64,000 nucleotides of DNA, from contig NC_086097.1 of assembly GCF_963921235.1 (NCBI RefSeq), positions 25,174,001 to 25,238,000 of the forward strand. Direction: 5' to 3'. The notes under the pieces were generated by a model that searched no databases, was not told the origin of the DNA, and was given only the letters and a program-made list of their open reading frames with translations. This document shows positions 52,574 through 64,000 of this stretch, piece after piece; position 1 is the stretch's first letter; each line of letters opens with the position of its first letter. The stretch comes from Mobula hypostoma. Lineage: Eukaryota. The position numbers were made by a program, and so were the translations under genes.

Positions 52574-53300
52574 AAATCAGAATCAGAATCAGAATCAGGT
52601 TTATTATATGATGTGAAATTTGTTAACTTAGCAACAGCAGTTCAATGCAATACATAATCTAGCGGAGAAAAAAATAAATAAAATAATAATAAACAAAATA
52701 AAAATAACAATAATAATAAATAAACAAGTAAATCAATTATGGTATACATATATTGAATAGATTTTTTAAAGTGTGCAAAAGCAGAAATACTGTATATTTA
52801 AAAAAAAGTGATGTAGTGTCCAAAGATTCAATGTCCATTTAGGAATCGGATGGCAGAGGGGAAGAAGCTGTTGCTGAATCGCTGAGTGTGTGCCTTCAGG
52901 CTTCTGTATCTCCTTCTTAATGGTAACAGTGAGAAAAGGACATGCCCTGGGTGCTGGAGGTCCTTAATAATGGACGCTGCCTTTCTGAGACACCGCTCCC
53001 TAAAGATGTCCTGGATACTTTATAGGCTATACCCAAGATGGAGCTGACTAGATTTACAACCTTCTGCAGCTTCTTTCGGTCCTGTGCAGTAGCCCCTCCA
53101 TACCAGACAGTGATGCAGCATGTCAGAATGCTCCCCACGGTACAACTATAGAAGCTTTTGACTGTATTTGTTGATATGCCAAATCTCTTCAAATTCCTAA
53201 TAAAGTATAGCTGCTGTCTTATCTTCTTTATAACTGCATCCATATGTTGGGACCAGGTTATATCCTTAGAGATCTTGACACCCAGAAACTTGAAATCTTT
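52574..53300 (-). mobile_element. Rex1/Babar-like LINE 3' end with (TTCTGA)n tail
   Basis: FKFLGVKIS.DITWSQH..QQLYFIRNLKRFG..ILTCCITVWYG. Homologous to 23244-23790. Confidence 0.88.
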
Positions 53301-53534
53301 TGTGCTCTCTAATTTTGATTGTTCTATCCAGGTGGCCATATTTCAAAGCCTGTTTCCATTGGCCCATCAGTCCACAGATGTATGGTCCTTTAGGATAATC
53401 CTGAAAACCTGCTTGATCTGGCTTTAAGTTGCCCACCCTAAGGTCTCCTTGTTTCATAATATTCCTTTGAAGCACTTTGGGTTGGTAAACCATATTACAG
53501 GCGAGAGTCCAAAACCTGGCCATTTGTGTATAAC

Positions 53535-53770
53535 TGCGTAGTGGTTAACATAATGCTATTACAGTGCTGGCGACCCAGGTTCGATCCCACCACTGTCTAT
53601 AAGGAGTTTGTACATTCTCCCCATGAACGCGTGCATTTCCTCTGGGTGCCCCAGTTCCCTCCCACATTCCAAAGATGCATGGATTAGTAGGTTAATTGGT
53701 CACATGGGTGTAACTGGGCAGCGTGAGCTCATTGGGCCGGAAGTGACCTGTTACGGCGCTGCATCTCTAA
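53535..53770 (+). mobile_element. Well-preserved HE1/V-SINE-like tRNA SINE
   Basis: A box gcgtagtggtt, B box ggttcgatcc, V-core tttcctctgggtgccccagttccctcccacattccaaaga, CR1-type tail. Confidence 0.8.
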
Positions 53771-54960
53771 ATGGCCACAAAAAGGTGCCACGTTACCGGA
53801 CTGTAACGTTGATAATGAATGTCCAGTATGCTATGGAGGACCTAGGGCAGATTGTAAAGAAGAGGTATACAATACAGGAACCGATATCAAGAATTCCTGA
53901 GAGGAGATTAGAGTATCTGGCTAGCAGCCAGCATATACACCACATGGATTTACAGAATTCATGCTCAAACTCCTAACATCAACACATGAAAACCTGAAAC
54001 AGATTAGCTTTATTTGTCACATGTACATTGAAATATCGAAACATACAGTGAAATGCATCATTTGTGTCAATGACCGGCACAGTCCAAGGATGTGCTGGGG
54101 TAGCCCATAAGTGTTGCCATGTTTTCAACGCCAACACAGCATGCCCACAACTTCATAACCCTTACTAATCTGTTCATATTTAGAATGTGGAGCTCCCAGA
54201 GGAAACCCACTCGGTCATGGGGAGAACATACAAACTCCTTACAAACAGCAGTGGGAAATGAAACCCTGTCGCTGGCCCTGTAAAGTGTTGCGCTAAGTGC
54301 TATGTCACCATGTCACCCACTCCTAAACCTGCTGTGCCAACAGCCAAATTGTTCCAAAACAATCAAAATATTGGCTTCGACTTGGCATTGTATATAACAG
54401 CACAGGCATAGCCATACGCAATAAGGAAAAAAAAGTAATGTTCAAATTCAGCCAGGGCAATCAAGATTAAATCTCTTGTATTTGTTGGCTATTAGGTTCT
54501 TGCAGTAAATACCAACAATCCGACCTGCCTATCATGAAATTCATGAATGTGAAATTGTTACAGATTGACTCCAGGTTAATAGTTACTTTTGGAAGAAAAG
54601 CAGGCTTAAAAATAGAAAGGTCCATCTGGAGATATGGACGTCCTTCTTCGAAGCTGGAGATGAAAGCACAATGCCATGGGCTACGCATGAAGAAGGCAGC
54701 TGTATTACGAGGAAGCTGATTAAGTCACAAAGACACCCCAGGGTTCTGCACAGCCAGAAAATTACTTAAAAACTATAGTGAATGTTTTGTAACAGCAGCC
54801 AGGAGCAAAGCAGTGAATGAGTGGACAATCTATTTGTTTTTTATATTGTCATTTTGCATGGAAGCAGGCTATTTAGACCCCATGATCAGTGGGCATCCAT
54901 ATGTATTAACCCTACGAACAACACTTGGACCAAGGATTAAGAAATACACACACACACACA

Positions 54961-55349
54961 CTTCTTCTTCTTCAGTTGTCCATCGAAATCCGATGACGAC
55001 GTCCACTCCTTTAACGGTGAGATCTTTGATGACTATACAGTCCTATCCTGGACCCACAAGCTCTAATACAAGTGGGACATGTATATGTGGTAGTGGTGGC
55101 AACCCTGACTGCATTTCTCCTGGCTCTCTTTTGCTGCCTTCTGGTTGTTCTTTCCATCTCCAGAACACGAACCCCATCCCTACACAGCTGTCACCAAGTG
55201 GTACGGTCAGCAGCAACATCCTCCAGGTCCTCGGGTCTGATCTTGCACTTCCTTAAAGCATTCTTCATCTGATCCTTATAGCGCTTCTTCGGCCTTCCAG
55301 TTGAGCGTCGACCATGATGTAGCTGGCCGTATAACACTCTGCGGGGTAG
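54961..55349 (-). mobile_element. RTE-clade LINE 3' end with C-terminal C2H2 finger and (GAA)n tail
   Basis: LPRRVLYGQL..GRPKKRYKDQMK..AADRTTW..YTCPTCIRACGSRIGLYSHQRSH*. Flanked on both sides by (CA)n. Confidence 0.88.
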
Positions 55350-57026
55350 ACACACACACACGCACACACACACACATATACATACACATGCATTTATATT
55401 TATATGTATATAAGTATATAAATATATAAATGAGTGATTTAAATATATAAATGGTGGTATAAAAGGTAATATAAACATACATAATGCAGAATGCAGTGTT
55501 ACAGTTACAGAGAAAGCACAGTGCACGTAGACAAATAAAATGCAGGATGCCACAAACAAAGTGGATCGGCAAATGAAGAGTTCATCTTTTAATGATGAGA
55601 GGTCTTTTCAGGAGTCTGATAACAGTGGGATAGAAGCTGTCCTTGAGCCTTGCGGTACATACTCTCAGGTTTTTGTCTATTCCACTTGAGGAAAGAGGGG
55701 AGCAGGAAGAAAGTCCGGGATGGGTGGGGTCCTTTTTATCGCTTGACTTCTCTGCCACAAAATAACAAATTGAATGCCATACCCGGCAGTGACTTATACT
55801 GCCCGGTAAAGAGACTCCAGTGTAGACTCAGCCAGCTCCATCACAGGCACAGGCCTCCCCTCCATCAAGGACATCTCCAAAAGGCAGTTCCTCAGGAAAG
55901 CAGCATCCATCACTGAGAACCCTCACCATCTGTAACACACTCTCTTCTCATTACTACCATCAGAGAGGAGCTTAAAGATTCAAAGTCAAATTTTAAGAAT
56001 AGCTTCTTCCCCTCCTTCAGAAAGACCATCTTACTAATTTATATTATTTATTTTATTTTTATATTGTGGCTTGTTGTAATTGTTATGTCTTGCTCTGTAT
56101 TGCTGCCACAAAACAACAAATTTCATGATGTATGTCAATAATCTTAAACCTGCTTCTGATTCTGTCTTCGATTATGTTGACTGATTTCCTAGTTCAGCAG
56201 GGCGTGTAGACAGAGTCAATGATGAGGGAAGGCTGGTTTGCGCAACAGACTGGGCACATGCAGCTTTTAGTTTTGATAAAACTATCAAGTTGATCCACAC
56301 TTTGGCTGGTGAATATGATTAGATTAGATCAATTAGATGAGCTTTATTTGTCACATATACATTAAAACATCAAAATATGTTGTGAAATGGCTTGCAAAAC
56401 ACCACACACAAAATGCTGGAGGAACTCAGAAGGCCAAGCAGCATCTATGAAAAGGAGTAAACGGTCAACATTTCAGGCCGAGACTCCTCATTGGGACTTT
56501 TTCCAGATACCCTACCTGGCCTACTGGGTTCCTCCAGCATTTTGTGCATGTTGCTTGGATTCCCAGTATCCGTAGATTTTCTCATGTCAGTAAAATGTCT
56601 GCTAGCTTCATCCCACTGCCTTTCCAGTCTTGATGAAGTGTCTCAATCCGAAATCCCCGCTGTTTATTCCTCTCCATATATTCTGCCTCTCCTGCTGAGT
56701 TCCTCCAACATTTTGTGTGTGTTATTCCGGATTTCCAGCAACTGTAGAACCTCTTGTGTTTATACAGTAAAATGTGCTGTTTGCATCAACAAACAACACA
56801 GTCTGAGAATGTGCTGGGAGCAGCCCACAAATGTCACCATCCTCCATTGCCAACACTGCGTAACCACAATTTACTAATGCTAACCCCTGCTACTTTGGAA
56901 TGTGGGAGGAAACTGGAGCACCTGAAGGAAGCTCACATGGTCATAGGGTAAACATATAAAGTTCTTACAGACAGCAACAGGATTGAACCTCAATTGCTGG
57001 CACTATAACGGATTATGTTAACCGCT

Positions 57027-57800
57027 ACACACACACAAAATGCTGGAGGAACTCAGCAGGTCAGACAGCATCTTTGGAAAAGAATATACAGTTGACGTTT
57101 TGGGTCAAGACCCCTCTTCGGGACTGAAAAGGAAGGGGGTAGATGCTAGAATAAAAAGGCAGGGGAGAGGAAGGAGGATAGCTAGAAGGTGATAGATGAA
57201 GCCAGGTGGTTGGAAAGATAAAGGAAGGGCTGGAGAAGAAGAAATCTAAAAAGGTGAGGAGAGTGGGCCACGGGAGAAAAGGATGGAGGAGGGAACCTAG
57301 AGGAAGGGGATAGGCAGGTGAGAAGAGGTAAGAGGCCAAAGTGAGGAACAGAAGAAAAGGAGAGGGGGAGGGAAAACTCTTTTTACCAAATGGAGAGATC
57401 AATATTCATGGCATCAGGCTGGAGGCTACCCAGAAGGAATATCAGGTTTTGCTCCTCTATTCTGAGGGTAGCCTCATCTTGGCACAAGAGGAGGCCATGG
57501 ACTGACATGTCAGAACGGGAATAGCAATCAGAATTAAAATGTTTGGCCACCGGGAAGTTCCGCTTGTGGCGGATTGAGTGGAGGTGCTCAACAAAGCAGT
57601 CCCCCAACTTACAGTGGGTCTCACCAACGTAGAGAGATACATTGTGAGCACCAAGCACAATAGACGACCCAGCAGGCTCACAGCTGAAGAGTTGCCTCAC
57701 CTGGAAGGACTGTTTTGGGCCCTGAATGGAGGTGAGGGATGAGGTGAATGGGCAGGTGTTGCACTCAGACCACTTGCAGGAATAAGTGCTGGGAGGGAAC
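57027..57800 (-). mobile_element. Penelope-like (Neptune-type) 3' fragment with GIY-YIG remnant
   Basis: LYVGETHCKLGDCFVEHL..PVAKHFNS..EEQNLIFLLGSLQPDAMNID. Homologous to 5382-6130. Confidence 0.88.
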
Positions 57801-57960
57801 TGCTAACCACTACACCACCATGCTGCCCCTGCAGAAGTAATAGGGAGTAGTTCTAGAGTTTTGAACCTCAGATAGTCAATCAGCCTAGAAATATTCCTGG
57901 AAATACAATTTCATATCAGTCACATTGGCATGGATGCAAGAGTTTCATTCCTTTGTACAC

Positions 57961-58014
57961 CTTTCAGCAGAACTGTCACCAGCATCTCATCATGTACAGA
58001 TCCCAGTTTGAAAC
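57961..58014 (-). CDS. Candidate 54-nt cassette exon (phase 1-1): xFKLGSVHDEMLVTVLLK
   Basis: Strong acceptor ccttttctttttgccag and weaker donor AAG|gtgtac. The only open frame has the phase of the host intron. Lies in non-repetitive DNA. No recalled counterpart in human CEP128. Confidence 0.3.
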
Positions 58015-58699
58015 CTGGCAAAAAGAAAAGGTCAACAAAACGTCGCTCTCCGTGTCCTGCTTGCAGGTGATTACAAAAAGCAGCTCCGTGATAAAATGCA
58101 GCGCTGCCTTAGGAAGATGTGTCAATGTCAGCATGTAGCCGACTGTGAAAGGATGAGGGAAAAGAGGAGCCTTCCCTCTGACAAGCTCATCCATCAAACA
58201 AGGTGGAAAGCCGCTCCAGTGTTTGATTCTAAACTGCTTGTGAGCTAAATTGCAGAGTACAGCAAGACGCCCGAAGCAGAATTTGTTCTCATTATGCTGA
58301 CTCTGTACTGAGAATGCTTGTTTATCAAAACTCAAGGTAGAAGAAAGAGGGGAAAAATCAGCCTGATAAAGGAAAAAAAAAAGCTGCTGCTTTTATTAGA
58401 GCAAAAGACCCAGTTGCTTGTGCCTACCTTTGATTAATAGCACAACCAGTTTTAGGACACCCTCGACTCTCTGGAGTAACATGCTAATCCCAGGACCAAT
58501 GATGGCATGTTGATGAAAAGCCACTCAGGACAAGCATCATGAACTTAAACCAATACATTTTGGTAGCAATGCACTGAATAAATGCATGGATTTCCAATTT
58601 CTCTGGTAACGAACCTGTGACTAATGAGGGACCACAAACAGAACCCTTTTCATTGACCAACTGTTATCCTGGAATTTAGAAGATTCAAAGGGAATTGCA

Positions 58700-59410
58700 A
58701 ACGTGAATGGACAGGCAGATGTCAGAAGAGGGATCTGGGAATACAAATCCATAATTCCTTGAAAGTGGCATCACAGGGCCGTAAAGAAAGCTTTTGACAC
58801 ATTGGCTTTCACAAATCAAAGTACTGAATACAGGAGCTGGACTGTTGTGTTGAAGTTATATAAGATAATGGTGAGGCCTAATCTGGAGTATTGCATACAG
58901 TTCTGGTTGCCTACTTGCAGGAGAGATATCACTAAGATTGAAAGAGTACAGAGAAAATTTACAAGGATGTTTCCAGAAAGTGTTATAAGTTATAAGGAAA
59001 GGTTGAATTGGTTAAGACTTTGTTCCCTAGACACTAGAAGAATGAGGGGGGATTTGATAGAAGTATTCAAAACGATGAGGTGTATAGATAGGGTAGATGC
59101 AAACAGGCTTTTTCCACTGAGGTTGGGTGAGACTAGAACTAGAAATCATAGGTTTAGTGTGAAAGGTCAAATATTTAAGAGGAGTGCAAGGGGGAACAAC
59201 TTCACTCACAGAGTGATGCAACTGTGGAATAAACTGCCAGCAGAAATGGTGGATGCAGGTTTGATTTTAACATTTAAGAGAAATTTGGATAGGTGGAGTA
59301 TGAAGAGTTACGGTTCAGGCGTGAGTCTATGGGACTAGGCAGACTACAGTTCAGCACAGTCTAGGTGGGCCAGAGGGTCTGTTTCTTTGCTGTAGTGCTC
59401 TATGAATCTA
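58700..59410 (+). mobile_element. CR1 3' fragment
   Basis: ORF 58802-59338: LYKIMVRPNLEYCIQFW..RMRGDLIEVFK..FTHRVMQLWN. Confidence 0.88.
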
Positions 59411-59714
59411 TGCCAAATTTTGGATCAACACACACACACACACACACACAATGCTGGAGAAACTCAGCTGCACAATCAGCATCTAACAAGGGAAATGGAT
59501 AGTTAACATTTCAGGTGGAGACACTTCATCTGAACTGAAAGATAGAGGAAAAATAGCCAATATTAAAGATAGAGAGAAGGGGGCAGGCAAGAGGTAGCAG
59601 CCAAAAGGAGAAGAGGAGGTAATAGCTCTGCCTTACTTGTTTTAAATCCCATCTCAGCCTCATTCAAGCTGCTTCAGCCTGAGCAATGGATTTGTAACTT
59701 ATCACTTACACCCT

Positions 59715-60240
59715 GCTGGAACATTGGAGAGGGTCCAGATGAAGTTCACAAGGAGGTTATCGGGTACATGCGCTGAGTAGTATGAGCAGTTTGGCCTGCT
59801 ATACAAGAAAGGATTTGCTGGCATTGGAGAGGGTCCAGAAGAGGTTCACAAGAACGATCCTGGAATGTATGAGGAGCTTAATAATCAATTCTGTGAATTT
59901 CACACATTCATCACCCTCTAGCTAAGAAAGTTCCTCCTCAAATCTCTTCTCAAGATCCTGGAATGTATGAGGAGCTTTTGATGGCTCTGGGTCTATACTA
60001 ACTGGAGTTTAGAAGAATGGTAGTGAGGGGAGGGGAAGATCCCAATGAAATCTATCGAATATCAAAAAGCTGAGCTAGAATAGGCGTGGAGACGATTCCT
60101 ATTGTGGAAGAGTCATGGACCAGACAGCAGCACCTTAGAATACTAGGACGTCCCTTGAGATGAGATTTGAGGAGGAATTTTCTTAGCCAGAGGGTGATGA
60201 ATGTGTGAAATTCACAGAATTGATTATTAAGGGTGTCAAA
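59715..60240 (+). mobile_element. Rearranged CR1 3' fragment
   Basis: ERVQKRFTR remnants with internal direct and inverted duplications. Confidence 0.75.
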
Positions 60241-61535
60241 GGTTTGTTTAAATACATTTATTAATGAACAGGAAGGAGATAGAGTGCCTAGTGACCTGGT
60301 GTCATAACAACCACCTTTCCCTCAATGACAACAGAACAAAAGAGCTGGACATTACTTTAGGAAAGGGCACCTGTTTACATCAATGGTCGGGAGCATTGAA
60401 ACCTTCAAGTAACCAGGAGTGAACATTACCTACAGCCTGTCCTGGTCCAACCATGTAGATTTCATGGCCAAGAAAGTGCAGTAGTGCCTTTATTTTCTCA
60501 CAGACGCAAAAGAAATTTGGCCCGTCCCCTTTAAATTTTAATAATGCATCATAGAAACCATCCTATCATGATGCATCACAGTCTGGTATGGCAACTGCTT
60601 TGCTTGAGACTGCAAGAAATTGCAGAGAGTTGTGGACACAGAAGTCAGCCTCCCCTCCATGGATACGGACTGCAACAGGGGAGGGGCGGTGATACGTGAG
60701 TGAAGTAGGGAGGAAAGTGGGAGTGATTTATAGAGCTGGGAGGTGATAGGTGCAGGTGACAAAAGTCTGAAAAAGGTGGAATCTGATAGGGGAGAATGAT
60801 AGACTATGGGATAAAGGGAAAGAGGTGGGGAAGGGAACCGGTGGGAGAAGTCTGTGGGTGATGGTTAATGGAGAGGGTGGGAATGGGAAAGTGAGCGATG
60901 GGTGATAAAAGCGGGGAAGGGTCACCCCTCATCTGGATCCGTCTATCTCCTGCCAGTTCCTGCACACCCCTTCCCGCTTTCCTTTTTTAAACCTGGCTAT
61001 CTTCTTTATTCTTTCTTACTTCTCTTCTAATATTTGTATATCTGTGCACTTGTAATGCTACTGTGACACTGTAATCTCCTCTGGGACCAATAAAGTATCT
61101 ATCTATCTATCTCCCCTCTTTCTTTCCAGTCTTGATCAATTGCCAATTCCCTTCATAGATGCTGAGTTCCTCCATCGCCTTGTGTGTTGCTCCAGATTTC
61201 CAGCATTTGCAGTCTCCAGTGATGAAAGCTGTATTGCTTTCCACAGGACATTTCTCAGTCTGGGATGCCAGGCATAACTACATTTATTACTTCCATTTTA
61301 GATTTCCAAACCTTTTCTCCTTCACATAAATATGATAGAACTTAAAAATTCTACTCAGAATATGATATATCCCCAGTGGACTTCTATTCTCTCATATTAC
61401 TTAAGTGTTACAGACAGTGATATAAAATATTTACTCCATCAACAATAGTATCTGTTCAAAAGTTGCAGTTTGTTATCCATTGTAGACAATTTTTTCTCTC
61501 TCTCGTGTGACTGTGAAAGAAATAACTCATTTTTA

Positions 61536-62102
61536 CACTCAGTGGCCACTTTATTAGGTACACCGGTACACTTGCTTATTAATGCAAATATCTAACCAGC
61601 CAATCATGTGGCAGCAACTCAATGCATAAAAGCATGCAGTCATGGTCAAGAGATTCAGTTGTTGTTCAAACCTAACATCAGAGTGGGGAAGAAATGTGAT
61701 CTAAGTGATTTTGACTGTGGAATGATTGTTGGTTCCAGATGGAGCAGTTTAAGTATCTCAAAAAGTGCTGATCGCCTGGGATTTTCAGACGCAAAAACCT
61801 CAAGAGTTTACAGAGAATGGTGTGAAAGTAAAAACATCCAGTGAGCGGCAATTCTGTGGGTGACAATGACTTGTTAATGAGAGAGGTCAGAGGAGGATGG
61901 CCAGACTGGCTCAAGCTGACAGGAAGGCAACAGTAACTCAGATAACCATGTGTTACGACAGTGGTGTGCAGAAGAGCATCTCTGAACGCGCAACATGTCA
62001 AACCTTGAAGTGGATGGGCTACAGCAGTATAAAACCACAGACATACACTCAGTGGCCACTTAATTAGCTGCAGGGGGCACCTAATAAAGTGGCCATTGAG
62101 TG
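61536..62102 (+). mobile_element. Internally deleted non-autonomous Tc1 derivative with three TIR copies
   Basis: TIR cactcagtggccactttattagg after TA. HTH remnant GKKCDLSDFDCGMIVG..SISKSADRLGFS..SRVYREW. Extra TIR copy at 62046. Confidence 0.88.
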
Positions 62103-62829
62103 CATAGTCCTTTACACAATTTGGGGAAGTCCCAATGGGCTCTGCAGGCCATTAAGTATTTCTATTAGAAGCGACATTACTGTTCTAATCCAGGCAACAC
62201 AGCTAGTTTTGCTCAATGAATATTCCACAACAATAGCTCATTCACAAATATGCAAATTGCCATCAAACCACAATGGGGAAAAGGCAGAAAACTACAATGT
62301 ATAGTCATGAATAACACAACAGGAAGCTAAAACAACTTCATTCAAATTATCTGTCAAATACTCTGCACTGAGTCATAGCTCCTCTGTATAGGTATAGCCT
62401 AGGATATGTATGAGTGTTTCAAACTCTGATTTCTGACAGTTTTCAGTGCAGGCAAACCATGGTCCAAACCAGCTTAGCTTTACTTCCCAGGATCAAAAAT
62501 CTCTGTCAAATCTTAATAGCAGAGTACACAAAAGAAGACTCACTTCAGTTATACCACTAGTTTGCATTGTTGATTAAAATGTGAATGGCAAAATATATCC
62601 CTAAGCCTATTATGCTGCTGACATAAAAAAGAATTGAAATACTACAGTGTAAGCATATCCTGTGGGGAGTACAAAATTAAAAAATTCATAAATAAAAGCT
62701 AGTCACTAATTAAAGCATGTGCAAATTAGGAAAAACATCATCACTAGGAGCTTTGGGAATGTGGAACATACTTAAACGTAGGAATTGATGAGGTAATTGG
62801 TGACCCTGCATAAAAGGGAGGGAGGAATG

Positions 62830-63130
62830 GAAGCAACACACACAAAATGCTGCAGCTCAGCAGGTCAGGCAGTATCTATGGAAATAAATAAACAGTCTAC
62901 CTTGTAGGCTGAGTACCTTCTTCAAGACTGAAAAGGAAGATGTCAGAATAAAAAGGTGGGGGTAGGGGAAGGAGGGGAGCTGGAAGGGTATAGGTGAAGC
63001 CAGGTTAGTGGGAAAGGTCAAAGGCTGGAGAGGATGGAATCTAATAGGAGAGAAAAGTGGACTATAGAAGAAAGGGAAAGTGGAGACACCTGGGGGAGAT
63101 GAAGGCAGATGAGATGAGGTAAAAGGTCAG
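62830..63130 (-). mobile_element. Penelope-like 3' UTR fragment with degenerate hammerhead
   Basis: Homologous to 57027-57360. Confidence 0.75.
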
Positions 63131-64000
63131 AGAGGAAAAGTAAGATCCATTAATAGAATTCATTGCAGAGAGCTGGAAGGCATGGAGTGTGAACACTGTT
63201 GTTTAAAATGCACTGTCCCTGCGCTAAATTCTTAATAATCCTACCACTATTGTTAGTATTCTTTGATAACTTGATTTCAAATTTTGTTGCATATTCATTA
63301 GCACCAAGCACCAAAGGGAACCCACTACGGCACAAGCACCATCGATATGTCAACTGGAGGTGCTGCCTCAAGAACACAACATTCACTATCAAAGATCCCC
63401 ACTGTTCAGGCCAAGATATCTTCTCGCAGTGACTATCAGGCAGGAGGTACTGAAGCCTGACATCCCACACCACAAGTTCAGGAACAGCTACTTCCTTTTA
63501 ACTATTCATCTTTGAACCAACCAACAAAACTCTGGTCACTACTGTTTAGCATGATCACTTTCATCACTTTGCACTAAAATGGACTCTTTGTTTTTTCCTA
63601 GTACTGTTCTTTCTTGTAACAATTGAGTATAATTTATATTTGATTTATGTTTTCCTTGTGAATGCTGCTTACCCGATGCTATGTGCATATGATGCTGCTG
63701 CAATTAAGTTTTTTATTTTATCTAGGCACACACCTCAATAAATTTTGGCATTTCCCATTCAATTCAATCTAACATGTGTCATTTAATTAATTTAATAACT
63801 TGATCCATGTCAACCTATCTATACTGATCAGCAGACAGCTGAAGAGTTCAGCAGATTCCAGCCTTGTTCTGATCATCTTTGACAATGCTCTGGCCTGCAC
63901 CATCACTGGGGTAACACAACAGCGTGGCAATTGATATAATGCTATTACAGCATCAACAGTCCGGCTAAGAAACTTATATGTTCTTCCCATGACTACATGG

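Noticed and set aside
53535..53600. tRNA gene
   Set aside because: The A/B boxes belong to a SINE head, with no cloverleaf or pol III terminator. The same applies to 15360-15434.
54467..54719. ORFs on both strands in unique DNA
   Set aside because: No recognisable protein motif or convincing splice-site pair.
63787..63990. Minus-strand ORF as the upstream CEP128 exon
   Set aside because: No similarity to the expected upstream peptide, poor splice sites, and overlap with a SINE head.
1..64000. CRISPR array or prokaryotic operon/defence system
   Set aside because: No regularly spaced repeats, no gene-dense ORF structure, and the sequence is vertebrate intron with retroelements.

Overview
Eukaryotic, repeat-dominated intronic DNA, most likely from a cartilaginous fish. 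That is inferred from HE1/V-SINE-like and SacSINE1/DeuSINE-like SINEs plus abundant CR1, Rex1/Babar, RTE and Penelope elements. The only host coding sequence I can support is three small minus-strand exons (50578-50529, 29352-29329, 16068-15991). They splice in phase to ELLQKMCRKDEEMRTLQ|DRIADLET|GTQVTLDHFESVPERLSTLDSIWDLE, which matches my recollection of the C-terminal coiled-coil region of vertebrate CEP128; none is captured by the ORF track. Most of the rest is nested mobile-element debris: CR1, Rex1/Babar, two RTE families, two Penelope families, a Gypsy 3' end, Tc1 elements and MITEs, and several SINE families. The most notable structures are about 14 copies of a minimal type I hammerhead-ribozyme motif in Penelope termini, including a ~200-bp palindromic, TSD-flanked, non-coding insertion with an intact catalytic core. 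Also notable are composite MITEs built from mini-palindromes, SINEs with swapped LINE-derived tails, templated local rearrangements, and a phase-compatible candidate cassette exon. Repeat boundaries are approximate unless a TSD or TIR is quoted. Family assignments come from motif recognition, not database searches.
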